A program made the translations under genes and the position numbers. From a virus (lineage: Duplodnaviria > Caudoviricetes), in the IMG/VR virus record IMGVR_UViG_3300033480_000010, positions 1-39,210 of that record: a DNA stretch of 39,210 nucleotides, one strand, 5' to 3'. Shown here one piece after another: positions 17,177 through 27,010 of this stretch. Within the stretch, counting starts at the first letter, position 1. Each line of letters opens with the position of its first letter. The notes below the pieces were generated by a model that worked only from the letters and a program-made list of their open reading frames with translations, did not search any database and was not told the origin of the DNA.

Positions 17177-19072
17177 ATGGCACTAGGAGCAGGAGCACAA
17201 GGCGTACCGTGGAGCCAGATGACCCCAGAGGAGCGGGCGGCATATTCCGGTACGGGATCGGCACAGGCACCGTCAACCAGTATTGCGGCCCAAACTACCG
17301 GAACTAACGTCGGCAAGATTCCGCGGTACGCGCTCACGAGCCGTCCGGCGGACGAGGAGAACCTACGGGAGGTGCTCGACGTCGCTGGCATCGGCGCGCT
17401 CCTTCCGCACACACAAGCGTTTAGGCCGAAGGCCTACGACCCGAACGCCGCCAACTTCGCTCTTCAGCTGCCCGGTGGCGTGGAGGGCTTTCAAACGAGC
17501 CTCACAAACCAGGCCAACATGTCCGGGCAGGATGCGGACTACTACCGGAATATGGCCAAGAGCGAGGCGGGCGGAGCTCTCTCCGCAGACCAGCAGTTCG
17601 GCGCGCTCATGGGTCAGGGCGGCGATGACTACAAGCGCTCGATCATGCAACTCTGGCAGGGCCAGGAGCAATTCCGTGGAGACCAGGCTCGTGCGGTAGG
17701 AGCCTACGACCAGCTAGGTGCTCAATTTGGGCAGGACTACGGGCGAGCCAGCGACGCGTACGGACAGGGACAGCAGGCGCTCGACCTCACCCGCTCCGCG
17801 GCACTCGGTGAGCAACCGAGCGTGGCTGAGCTTCAGCAGCGGCAGGGACTCCAGTCGGCGGTAGCGGGGCAGGTCGCCGCGGCAAACAGCGGACCCTATA
17901 ACCCCGCCGCTGCGCTCGTTGCTGGCCAGCGCGGGCAGACGATGCAGCAACAGGCCTACCTCCAAGGCAGCCAGCTCCGCGCCGGCGAGATGGCCCAGGC
18001 TCGCGGACAATACGGTCAAATGGTGGGCCAGCAGCAAGGCGCTGCCCAGGGACTCGGCGCCATGGGTCAGGCATTCGGTGGGCTCCAGACCGGAGCGGCC
18101 CAGGCACTCGGTGCACAGGGACAAGCCTACTCGAACGCGACCCAGAACTGGACCGCCGGACTCGGCGCCATGAGCGCGCAGCAAGCAGGGCTCGCCCAGG
18201 CCCAGGCGGGACAGCTCCGCCAGCAAGCGCTCGGGTATGGCGGACTCTCCGAGACGGCGAAAGGGACTGGGCTCCAGGCTTACGACCAAGTCGCGAACAT
18301 CGGCGCCCAGGCGCAACGAGGGAACATCGAGCTCGAGCAGATGAAGGCGGCCCAGACCACCGAGCTCAACAAGGCGCTCCAGGAGCGCGAACAGTTCAAT
18401 CAGGAGACCAGCGCGAAAACTGCCGAAAAAAACATGGATTTTTACGGAAAGCTCATCGGGAGCGGTGTTGGTGGAGGTGGACTCGGGGGCATCGTCTCCG
18501 ACGAGCGAAGCAAGACCGCGCTTTCGCACGCGTACTCCGAGATCGACTACCTCCGGACCGCGCTCGCCGACATGTACCGGAAGCAGGGTGGCGAACAGCG
18601 CCAGCCGTCAGCCTCGGATCGCTACGGCGACGGACTCGACACTGCTCCGCGTGCGACGGGTAGTGCGCGTTTCGGCGACGGTCTGGACGCCCAGCCGAAG
18701 CAGACGGACGTATACCAATGGGGGCCACCTCCGGCACCCAAGCCCCGCCAATACGACTCCTACAATTGGGGGCCAGAGCCCCCGGTCTCCAATGAGCTCG
18801 CTCGCACCGAGCCGGTTGGGTACCGATACCGCCCGGAGGCTCGTGCCGCATTCCCCAGCATGACGGCCCCTGGGCAGCGATACGGCGTGACCGCCCAGGA
18901 CCTCGAGCAGGCGGGCCCCGTGGGCCGCTCGATGGTCGAGACGGGGCCCGGCGGGATGAAGACCATCGACCCGGGGCAGGCGAGCGGGGCGATGCTGGCC
19001 GCCTTGGGCGAGCAGAAGCGTGAGATCGACCAGCTCCGCACCGAGCTCGAGCGGATGAGGGGAGCCCGATAA
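17177..19072 (+). CDS. Ejection/DNA-transfer-like protein with C-terminal peptidase S74-like intramolecular chaperone
   Basis: Gln/Ala/Gly-rich body; SDERSK..PVGYRY..GVTAQDLE..ID..LAALGE coiled coil. Confidence 0.75.
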   Translation: MALGAGAQGVPWSQMTPEERAAYSGTGSAQAPSTSIAAQTTGTNVGKIPRYALTSRPADEENLREVLDVAGIGALLPHTQAFRPKAYDPNAANFALQLPGGVEGFQTSLTNQANMSGQDADYYRNMAKSEAGGALSADQQFGALMGQGGDDYKRSIMQLWQGQEQFRGDQARAVGAYDQLGAQFGQDYGRASDAYGQGQQALDLTRSAALGEQPSVAELQQRQGLQSAVAGQVAAANSGPYNPAAALVAGQRGQTMQQQAYLQGSQLRAGEMAQARGQYGQMVGQQQGAAQGLGAMGQAFGGLQTGAAQALGAQGQAYSNATQNWTAGLGAMSAQQAGLAQAQAGQLRQQALGYGGLSETAKGTGLQAYDQVANIGAQAQRGNIELEQMKAAQTTELNKALQEREQFNQETSAKTAEKNMDFYGKLIGSGVGGGGLGGIVSDERSKTALSHAYSEIDYLRTALADMYRKQGGEQRQPSASDRYGDGLDTAPRATGSARFGDGLDAQPKQTDVYQWGPPPAPKPRQYDSYNWGPEPPVSNELARTEPVGYRYRPEARAAFPSMTAPGQRYGVTAQDLEQAGPVGRSMVETGPGGMKTIDPGQASGAMLAALGEQKREIDQLRTELERMRGAR

Positions 19073-20910
19073 TGCCCTCCCCTCGCGCGGTATCGGTGGT
19101 GGAGCAGCGGCCCGACGGGGCCGTTTTCGCCATGTCGGACGGGAGCACGCAGTACCTCACCGGGCAGGGCGCGACAGACCTCGCTACGCGGCTCCCAGGA
19201 GCGTCGGCTCCGCCCCCCTCAGCACCGCCCGTCCCGCAAGCTCCACCACCCGCTCTGCCCCGGGCAGGCGGAGCAACCGGGACCTGGGAAGCAGGGGTTG
19301 CTGGAGCTCCACCAGCGCCGCCTGCCCCAGCGCAGCAACCGCCTGCCACCCCCGGAGAGCAGCCGCTGCCTAGTCAGTTGATGCGTCAGCAGCTGATCGA
19401 CCAGCTAGGACGTGGCACGTGGTCTCCCGGACGCGACCCGGAGCGCGAAAAGCGCACGGGGGTGATGGTGCCGAAGGGCGGCAAGGTGACGACCGAGGGC
19501 GGGATGGATCCTGACTTCGCGCGCCGTGTCCAGGGTGAGCGCGACCGGCTCTATGCCGCCGACACAGCGGCTCAAGTGGCGGACGCGGAAGCTCGGGTGG
19601 CGATGGTCGATGAGGCTCGCGTGCAGGCTCGAGAGAATGCGGCACGCCTCGCGGTGTCCCAGCGTGAGCAGGAGGCACGGCTGGTCCGCATGCAGCAGAG
19701 CCACGACGAGCACCTGTCTCGCCTCGAGGGAGACCTGGACGCGGCGTATTCGCGCAAGGTCCAGCCCACCGCGCTATTCAGCTCGGGGTCATGGGCGGGC
19801 GCCGTCGGGCAGATCGGACTCTCGATTGCCATGGCGTTCGAAGCTCGAGGTGGCGGCCGCCCGCTCACGTGGGAGTCTGTCCAGCGGATCATCGAGCGCG
19901 ACGTGGCCAAGCAGGAGGCGGAGATCAACCGCGGAATCGACCGCGGGAAAAACGCACTCTCGCGATACCTCGTGCGGTTCGATGGCGATATGACCACGGC
20001 CAAGGCCGCACTCGCCGCAACGCAGGAGGGGCTCGCCAAGAGCTACGCGCAGGACCTTGCCGCGCGTACTCAACGCCTCGACATTCAGCGCGGGCTGAAC
20101 GACTGGATCGGCAAGACCGGAAACGCCCGGCTCGACGCGCTGGTCAAATTCAACGAGGCCGTGCAGGGCAAGGTAACGCGCGAGGTCGCTCAGGAATTCG
20201 CGGTCCCGAAAGCAGCTGGCTACCAGGGTCCGTCGGTAGCAAACCTAGAAAAGAGGGTTGAGAATCAGGAGCGTCTGGAATCTGGAGGGACCGCCGGGTA
20301 CGAGGGCCAGCTCGCGCAGGCGAAGGCGTTCGGTACAGCCGGAGGAACAGCAGCGGGACGCGGAGCAGCGGGTGCGCTCAGTCCTGAGGATGAGCAACGA
20401 TTCAAAGCGTATTCGGAAACTGAGGGCCAGCACCAGGCAACTCAGAGTGACCTCGACGAACTCACTAAGTTGCTCGGAGGAAAGCGCAAGGGCGACGCCA
20501 TCAGTTGGGACCGAAGCAAAAATATCCCAGGAGTCGGTCCCATCGGAGGGAAAGTTCCTGGATTCCTCACAGGAGAAGAAGGTCGCCGTACTCGTCGCGT
20601 ACTGACCGAATTCCTGCAGAGTTACATCGCCACGACCAATAAGGGTCCAGCAAGCGATGCCGACGTCGCCCGCATCGACAGAGCAATACGTGGGTACGGC
20701 ACCGAGACCGAGATCCAGGACGCGGTGACGAGTATGCAGCGCAAGCTCAACGTATCGCGTAGGGCCGCACGCGCAGCCGCTGGTCCCTCGGTGGTTTCGA
20801 GCTATCGCCGGAGTAACGCTCAGACCACCGCTGGCTATGAGCAGGAGATGGCCGGGCAAGCGGAGGACACGGAGGGGCTCGAGCTCGAAACCGGGGAAAA
20901 GGAGAAATAG
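19072..20910 (+). CDS. Putative ejection/internal virion protein
   Basis: 612 aa, helical, Pro-rich linker, hydrophobic Gly/Ala segment; position after nozzle. Confidence 0.6.
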   Translation: MPSPRAVSVVEQRPDGAVFAMSDGSTQYLTGQGATDLATRLPGASAPPPSAPPVPQAPPPALPRAGGATGTWEAGVAGAPPAPPAPAQQPPATPGEQPLPSQLMRQQLIDQLGRGTWSPGRDPEREKRTGVMVPKGGKVTTEGGMDPDFARRVQGERDRLYAADTAAQVADAEARVAMVDEARVQARENAARLAVSQREQEARLVRMQQSHDEHLSRLEGDLDAAYSRKVQPTALFSSGSWAGAVGQIGLSIAMAFEARGGGRPLTWESVQRIIERDVAKQEAEINRGIDRGKNALSRYLVRFDGDMTTAKAALAATQEGLAKSYAQDLAARTQRLDIQRGLNDWIGKTGNARLDALVKFNEAVQGKVTREVAQEFAVPKAAGYQGPSVANLEKRVENQERLESGGTAGYEGQLAQAKAFGTAGGTAAGRGAAGALSPEDEQRFKAYSETEGQHQATQSDLDELTKLLGGKRKGDAISWDRSKNIPGVGPIGGKVPGFLTGEEGRRTRRVLTEFLQSYIATTNKGPASDADVARIDRAIRGYGTETEIQDAVTSMQRKLNVSRRAARAAAGPSVVSSYRRSNAQTTAGYEQEMAGQAEDTEGLELETGEKEK

Positions 20911-20913
20911 CCG

Positions 20914-23900
20914 ATGCCCTGGACCACCACCGGCTCCGGGCTGAAGCTCTGGATCAAGGATGACGGGAAGGCGCTCGTACGCGATGCGAGCGGCAAGGTC
21001 TACTCGACCACGCCGGAGAAGGCTGAGCGGCTCGTGCTCGACCAGGGGTACTCCTCCGCATCCCCCGAGCAGCGCGCCGCTCAGGTCGAGCAGATCCAGC
21101 AGGGTGGCATCGGTGGGCAAGTCGCTGCTGGAGCGAAGGCGTTTGCCGCCGGAGTTGTCGATATCGGAGCCGCGGGATATCGAGTCGGGGAGGCCGTGGG
21201 GGAGACGGCCGGCAAGGCCATCGGTCGCCAGATGGGGATCTCCGAAGAGGAGCTTGCCCGACGCGCCAAGTCGATGCCTCGCATTTCCCAGGCGCTCGGG
21301 GGCCGCGAGCTCCAGGAAAACGTGGCCGCCGTGGTGGGGCACCTCCGCGGGCAGGAGAGTGAGGTAGCGGCGCGCGAGTATCGCGAGACGGCGCAGGCGC
21401 AGGCGCGGCAGAACCCCATCACGACCGAGGGAGCGTACCTCGCCGGGCAGGTCCTACCGACCCTGGGAGTAGGAGCGCTCGGGGCAGGAGCGGCCAAGGG
21501 GATGACCCTCGGGACTCGCGTTGCCCTCGGAGCGATCGAAGCCGGTGGACAAGGCGCCTCGCAGGTCACCGAGGATGCCTTCGTCAAGGATCAGGAGATT
21601 ACCTCGGAGCAAGTGCTGGCGGGTGCTGGGCTCGGCGCCGTTCTCGGTGGCACAGCGACGCTTGGCATGTACGGCGCTGGGCGTGCGTTTCGCCGGATCG
21701 GTTCACGCGGTGCAACCCCCTTCGATGCGGCCGTTCCAGGCTACAAAGTGGCACGCGACGATGCCGCGCGCGAGGTGGCCGAGGGAGCACTCGGTGGCGA
21801 GGCGCCCACCAAACAGACCGTCGGTTGGCTCCGGCGGCAGTTCACCAAGGGCGTCGAAAAGTACGAGGAACTATCGGGTGTTGTCACCGGGGCGAGCAAA
21901 GAGGACCTAGGCGCGCTTCGTCTCCGCGACGTGGTGGAAGGCGGAGCCGAGTCGCCGTTCAAGCGTTTCGACCAGCGAGCGGTAATCCGCAAGCAGTACA
22001 CCGATGAGCTCGCGGAAGTGCAGCAGCGCGTGCAGGAGGCTGAGCAGCGCCTGTTCAAGCAGAACATCGTCGAGGCGCGCAAGGCCGACCAGATGCGGCT
22101 GCTGGTTGACAACACCCCCGAAGCGCTCGAGCGGCAACGCACTGCAGTCGCTGACATGGCCACCTCGCTCGAGCGGGCAGTCGATGATATGGCCTCGAAT
22201 CCTCGCGCGTACGGCGAGCGTGCTTGGCTCGACCCGATGCGCGACGAGGTGGACCGGCTCCGCCAAAAGCTCATCGACCCGAAGGCGGACGGCGCCGAGC
22301 TCTTCACCTCGGTCGATCGCATCAAGCGCAAAATGGATCGCTACGTGCGGAAGGCCCGCGGTCAGCAGGCGCGGGGAAGCGGAGACTTCGCCAAGGATTT
22401 CCAGGCTGGAAACCTCGCCGAGCGCCTGTCGACCACGCAAGAGCCGATTCGGCGCGGGCTCATGAATCCCGAGATTTGGGGCCAGAAAGCAGCCCAGTCA
22501 CAGCGCGAGATCAACGCAGCTTGGGAGTCACATCTCGGCGATGTGTCCGCCGGGATCACCGACCCCAACGAGAGCTACCTGAAGGCTTTTTTTGGACGGC
22601 ACAAGGGACTCTATGAGGATGAGCTCCCGACGTTCCGCGTGGAAAAGGAGAAGGTGCTGGGGTTCTTGCGCGAGATGGGCAGCGAAGCGAGCGTCACTGC
22701 GCGCGACACTGAAGCCCAGATGCTTCGGCAGCTCGATACGGGAACCGGGCTCGCCAAGTCGCTCGAGAAACACTACCACCTCGGGCCCGAGCTCCAGAAA
22801 GACGTCGGCGCGATCGTCGATGGGAACCAGCAGATCCGCACCATCCTCGACCGCATCCGGGGCGAGATGAAGACGTTCCAGCAGATCGATCGGCTCGAGG
22901 GGCTGCAAGGTCAAGTTGGCGGGCTCGGTGTTGGAGCGGTCGGTGGTGGAGTGCTCGGCGGCCCCGTGGGCGCGGTCGCCGGAGCGGCCTACGGCGCGGC
23001 AAACATGCCGGTCCGAATCGCTCGGCAAGCGTGGGCGCTCAAGGCACTGGCCAAAAACGTCCAACGAAAGATGCGGGGCGAGGTGTCGGCGGTCGCCAGC
23101 GGAACGGGCGAAGCCATTGGACCGCCCCGCACGATGCAAGAACTCAAGGCGAGAATCTACGCAAGGCGAGCCAAGGCAGCCGCCGAGGATGAGTACGAGC
23201 AGGGCCTTGGGCCATGGGGCGCACCGGCGCCGAAACCCTCCGCTCGGGTGGAGGCGCCTCAGGAAGTGTTCGGTCCTGCCCGCCTCCCCCCGCTGCTCGC
23301 CGGAGAGGCCACTCGGCGCATCCGGGCCAAGGACGGCTCGGACGATTGGCGCGACCAGGCGGAGATGGTGATGGCGCTAGGTGACCCGTCGCATGTCTCC
23401 GAGATGATTGCCCAGGGGCTCGGCACGCTCGCGGATGACCTGCCCGCAACCTCCGGCATGGTCGCGCAGAAAGCCGCCGTGGGAGCGCAGTACCTCTCGA
23501 ACACGCTGGGTCCGATGATCCCACCCCGCCCCCCGATGCAACCGAACATGCCGCTGGATAAGCTCCCTCCGGATGACCAGGAGCGGTGGGATCGGATCTG
23601 GAACGCAGTCAATGACCCGATGTCCGTGCTCCAGGATTGGCGCACTGGGCAGGTCCAGCAGGACCAGCTAGATGCACTACGTGCTGTGTGGCCCCGAATC
23701 TTCGAGGACCTGCGAGACCACACCGCCGAGCTCGTAGCCGCGAGGAAGACGCCGCTCGGGTACGATGAGAGCCGGCAGCTCGAACTCCTGCTCGACCTCG
23801 GCGGGGCGCTCGAGCCGACGCTCGCTCCGCAATTCATGGCGCGAACGAACGACTGGTACCAGGCCGGAAAAGGCAAAGAACAGGCAACCGCTCGACCATC

Positions 23901-23955
23901 GGCGAAGGCGCCCGATGTATCGAGCCTGCACGAACTCCACCCAAGGGAGACATGA
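20914..23955 (+). CDS. Putative large ejection/internal virion protein
   Basis: 1013 aa, helical, with glycine-zipper segments (GAVGGGVLGGPVGAVAGAAYG). Confidence 0.65.
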   Translation: MPWTTTGSGLKLWIKDDGKALVRDASGKVYSTTPEKAERLVLDQGYSSASPEQRAAQVEQIQQGGIGGQVAAGAKAFAAGVVDIGAAGYRVGEAVGETAGKAIGRQMGISEEELARRAKSMPRISQALGGRELQENVAAVVGHLRGQESEVAAREYRETAQAQARQNPITTEGAYLAGQVLPTLGVGALGAGAAKGMTLGTRVALGAIEAGGQGASQVTEDAFVKDQEITSEQVLAGAGLGAVLGGTATLGMYGAGRAFRRIGSRGATPFDAAVPGYKVARDDAAREVAEGALGGEAPTKQTVGWLRRQFTKGVEKYEELSGVVTGASKEDLGALRLRDVVEGGAESPFKRFDQRAVIRKQYTDELAEVQQRVQEAEQRLFKQNIVEARKADQMRLLVDNTPEALERQRTAVADMATSLERAVDDMASNPRAYGERAWLDPMRDEVDRLRQKLIDPKADGAELFTSVDRIKRKMDRYVRKARGQQARGSGDFAKDFQAGNLAERLSTTQEPIRRGLMNPEIWGQKAAQSQREINAAWESHLGDVSAGITDPNESYLKAFFGRHKGLYEDELPTFRVEKEKVLGFLREMGSEASVTARDTEAQMLRQLDTGTGLAKSLEKHYHLGPELQKDVGAIVDGNQQIRTILDRIRGEMKTFQQIDRLEGLQGQVGGLGVGAVGGGVLGGPVGAVAGAAYGAANMPVRIARQAWALKALAKNVQRKMRGEVSAVASGTGEAIGPPRTMQELKARIYARRAKAAAEDEYEQGLGPWGAPAPKPSARVEAPQEVFGPARLPPLLAGEATRRIRAKDGSDDWRDQAEMVMALGDPSHVSEMIAQGLGTLADDLPATSGMVAQKAAVGAQYLSNTLGPMIPPRPPMQPNMPLDKLPPDDQERWDRIWNAVNDPMSVLQDWRTGQVQQDQLDALRAVWPRIFEDLRDHTAELVAARKTPLGYDESRQLELLLDLGGALEPTLAPQFMARTNDWYQAGKGKEQATARPSAKAPDVSSLHELHPRET

Positions 23956-23958
23956 CCC

Positions 23959-24597
23959 ATGATCCGCAAAGACCGCACCCCCATCGAAGCCCTCCTCACC
24001 AATTGGAGCGTGGTGGCGCCGAGCGCGACCGAGCTGTCGGAGCCCTACCCGGATGCAATTCGCGCCTCCACCGATGGCGACCAATTCGCCGCCATGCCGG
24101 TGGACAAGCCGCCATTCGTGATCAACGGCACGTTCGCATCGACTTCCAAGTGGACCGCTGGAGCCGGCTGGGAAATCACCGGCGGAGCAGCCGTTGCCAC
24201 CGCGAGCAGCGCGGCGCTCACGCAAGCCACGGCGAACGTGCGGGAGACCTCCCAGGCCATCGTCGCCGGGCAGAAATACCTCCTGACCTACACGGTTGGT
24301 GGCACCCCGTCGGGCACGCTCACCCCATCGCTCGGTGGCACCGCTGGAACCGGGGTCACCACGACCGGCGTCAAGCAGGAGGTCATCACCGCCGGGTCGA
24401 CCAACGCCAACCTCGTGTTCACTGGAACCGCCTTCACTGGCACCGTTGACAACGTGTCATTGATCCCGCTCACCCCGCCGCTTTCCGCTCGCTCGTGGGA
24501 GCCAATGCGCGTGCGATCAATCGTGGCAGTCGTGCAAACCGCGACGATTGTCACCACCTCGCCGGCGTGGGCTGGGTGGTGCGGGGGGAAGGAGTAG
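23959..24597 (+). CDS. Head-spike base-like protein with inserted carbohydrate-binding-like domain
   Basis: Flanks VVAPS..AIRASTDG and EPMRVRSI..TATIV resemble the RcGTA Rcc01079-type spike base; insert INGTF..W..GW..GQKYLL..VDNVSL. Confidence 0.55.
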   Translation: MIRKDRTPIEALLTNWSVVAPSATELSEPYPDAIRASTDGDQFAAMPVDKPPFVINGTFASTSKWTAGAGWEITGGAAVATASSAALTQATANVRETSQAIVAGQKYLLTYTVGGTPSGTLTPSLGGTAGTGVTTTGVKQEVITAGSTNANLVFTGTAFTGTVDNVSLIPLTPPLSARSWEPMRVRSIVAVVQTATIVTTSPAWAGWCGGKE

Positions 24598-24601
24598 CCC
24601 A

Positions 24602-25597
24602 GTGCTCGGTGTGGTTCATGCGCTTGGGTTTGGTGGGCAAATTAGCTCATCTCCCCCCACCATCCTCACCTTCACGCTTCCAGCAATCTCCGACGAAACC
24701 GTGGACTGCGCGGTCACGGCATCGAACGCGACCCATTTCACGGTCGTGGCGCACGGAGCGGCGGCCCCGGTCTGGGGCGTCGGCGTCTGGACCGCGGTGG
24801 GCGAGACGCACGTCCACACGACTGCGCTCTCGGGCTCGATCGAGCTCGATGCCTACGCATACGGACCTGGCGGGGTGAGTGTGGCGCCGGTGGCGGAGGG
24901 GACGACGGTTGGTTCGAGGACCAAGGTGCTTGGATACGGGCCCGAATTTCTGTTCTATTCGGATCTGGGCAAGACCCCTGCCTCTCCCTCTGAGGGAGCG
25001 GATGTCACGGCGTGGACCGACCAGAGCGAGAGTGCCGCGAATCACGATATCACCGGCACCGCCGATAATTACCCATCGTGGCAAATCGATGCCGACACAG
25101 TAGGATTTCTGGATTTCCAGGTGGCGGGGGGTGAGCACTACCAGATCCCCAATGTGCCGACGAGCGCAACGAGCCACGCAATTTACTGGTCGATGAGCGT
25201 CGACGATCCGACTCCAGCGGCGTTGGAGGTTGTGTTCGCATTTTCGAATACCTGGTGGATTGCGCTGACAACTGGTGGGACGCTAGATCTGTACAACGGT
25301 TCACAGAAATCGCTAGGAAATTGCCCGAGCGGGAAACATTCGTTCGCTCTGCTCTGCGATGATGTGGCGGATACTGCGACGCTCTACATCGACGGAGCCG
25401 CTCAGACGCCGGTTGCGTATGCTGGTCAGGCGGCGGGAGCCAACGCCACAATCGGAGCCCTGAACTCCGGAGGATCGTTCCCGACCGACCTAAATCTATA
25501 CGGCATAGCCTACGAGACCGACGCCGGCTCGACCGATGCAGTCGACGACTGGGTGTGGATGGCACAGGCGTACTGGGACTGCCCCCCAAAAGCGTGA
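24602..25597 (+). CDS. Head fibre-like protein with LamG/concanavalin-A-like domain
   Basis: GGAAGGAG SD then GTG; N-terminal LGVVHALGFGG; VTAWTDQS, H.FAL..D....TLYIDG, TIGA. Confidence 0.7.
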   Translation: MLGVVHALGFGGQISSSPPTILTFTLPAISDETVDCAVTASNATHFTVVAHGAAAPVWGVGVWTAVGETHVHTTALSGSIELDAYAYGPGGVSVAPVAEGTTVGSRTKVLGYGPEFLFYSDLGKTPASPSEGADVTAWTDQSESAANHDITGTADNYPSWQIDADTVGFLDFQVAGGEHYQIPNVPTSATSHAIYWSMSVDDPTPAALEVVFAFSNTWWIALTTGGTLDLYNGSQKSLGNCPSGKHSFALLCDDVADTATLYIDGAAQTPVAYAGQAAGANATIGALNSGGSFPTDLNLYGIAYETDAGSTDAVDDWVWMAQAYWDCPPKA

Positions 25598-26445
25598 CCC
25601 CGGCCGGAGATTGGGTAGATTCGAATCCGTCCGGGGCCCGACCGATAATAGTGCTCGGTGACAGTAACGCGGCTGCGAACTACGTGCATATCGTGCACTA
25701 CCCATCAGCGATGCAACGGCCTCAGGTAGTAGGGAGCGTGTACAAGATCTATTGCCATCAGGGCGAGGGAGGGGCGGCGCTTGAGGCACAGCAGGATACG
25801 TTCGCGCGCCTGCAGCCGCTAGTGGCTAATAGCGATGTGCCACGAGGTTCGTGGGTACTCGACCTCGCAGAGTCTCTGCTGCCGCTCGAGTCGCCATTGG
25901 CGCTCATCAACACCGCATGGGGTGGCAGCACCCTGGACTACTGCAATCCGGAGGTCAATCCGTCTGGCTATGCAACGTTTTTGGCATGGATCGAGGCGCG
26001 TCTGGCGCTGCTGCCGAGTCACCTGGAACCGGTCGTGATTTGCTACGAGGGGACCAACGGACCCGGCACTGACACGACCTGGTCCGCTGGAATGGCCCAT
26101 ATCATGGCCGCGTTACGGACCGATTTGGGGTACGCCAATCTAGGCGTGGTCGTGGTGAGAATCCCAGCATCGGCAGAGCCACCTCCGGTGGGCGTGGACT
26201 ACGATACGATCAGAGCGTCCCAGACGGCCTACGTGGCCAGCGACGAGCACTCTCGCCTCGCGTACCACGAGGCCATGACATTCGTCGACAACAACACCCT
26301 GGTTCAGGGGTACGCCGCGCCGAGTCCGGAGGGAGCGGCAGGGCACTGGGATCGCCTTGGCGCTCGCACTTTAGCGATTGGTCCTAACGCGACCGGAGTC
26401 ACCCGGTCAATTCTGACATGCATTCAGGAGCTACTCGCGCCATAG
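25555..26445 (+). CDS. SGNH hydrolase / sialate O-acetylesterase-like domain; start uncertain (25594 GTG or frameshift fusion)
   Basis: IIVLGDSNA, AWGGSTL, YEGTN, C-terminal HW...G...LA. Confidence 0.72.
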   Translation: MDGTGVLGLPPKSVTPAGDWVDSNPSGARPIIVLGDSNAAANYVHIVHYPSAMQRPQVVGSVYKIYCHQGEGGAALEAQQDTFARLQPLVANSDVPRGSWVLDLAESLLPLESPLALINTAWGGSTLDYCNPEVNPSGYATFLAWIEARLALLPSHLEPVVICYEGTNGPGTDTTWSAGMAHIMAALRTDLGYANLGVVVVRIPASAEPPPVGVDYDTIRASQTAYVASDEHSRLAYHEAMTFVDNNTLVQGYAAPSPEGAAGHWDRLGARTLAIGPNATGVTRSILTCIQELLAP

Positions 26446-26470
26446 CCGGCGCACAAAGGAGCAGACAATC

Positions 26471-27010
26471 ATGACCCCCGAACTACTCGCTCAGATCAAG
26501 GCCGTCGTCGAGTCCGGTACCGTGCTGGTGCTGGCCGTGCTCGGCGTACTCTACACCGCGGCGACCATCGTTGCCGGAGTAGCCCCGCCCACCTGGAAGT
26601 TCACGCTCATCTGCGCGCGACTCGCTGGTGACCTCAGGCGCCTGCTCAAGTTGCCCGAAGATGCCGAGAAGCGTGCGGCTCGAGAGGCTCATATCGCTGC
26701 TCTCGTGCGTGAGGCAGAGCAGCGCGGACGAGCGGAAGGCAGCGGGGAACCGCCAAGGGTGGCTGGAGTTCTAGCACTCGTCCTGCTTGGGCTCGCCGCG
26801 CCCACCGCGTGCTCGAGCGGAATCTTCGGCACCCCCGAGCTCAAGAGTCCGTGCGAAGGTCTCTACTGCCTCTCAGTGGAGATCGCCGGAGTGGTCGAGC
26901 CGATGGTCTGCTACCAGACCGAGGCGGAGCGCGAGATGGCACGGCGGAGCGCACTCAAGCGGGGCGCTCGAGCGTGCATCACGGACGGGGCAAGGGCGGT
27001 GTGCCGGTGA
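26471..27010 (+). CDS. Holin-like membrane protein with internal lipobox-like segment
   Basis: AAGGAG SD; TM VLVLAVLGVLYTAATIVAGV; second hydrophobic LALVLLGLAAPTAC; Cys-rich tail. Confidence 0.55.
   Translation: MTPELLAQIKAVVESGTVLVLAVLGVLYTAATIVAGVAPPTWKFTLICARLAGDLRRLLKLPEDAEKRAAREAHIAALVREAEQRGRAEGSGEPPRVAGVLALVLLGLAAPTACSSGIFGTPELKSPCEGLYCLSVEIAGVVEPMVCYQTEAEREMARRSALKRGARACITDGARAVCR

Noticed and set aside
20914-23955. Tape measure protein
   Set aside because: No tail tube, sheath or tail chaperone genes seen; context after the nozzle-like gene fits podovirus ejection proteins
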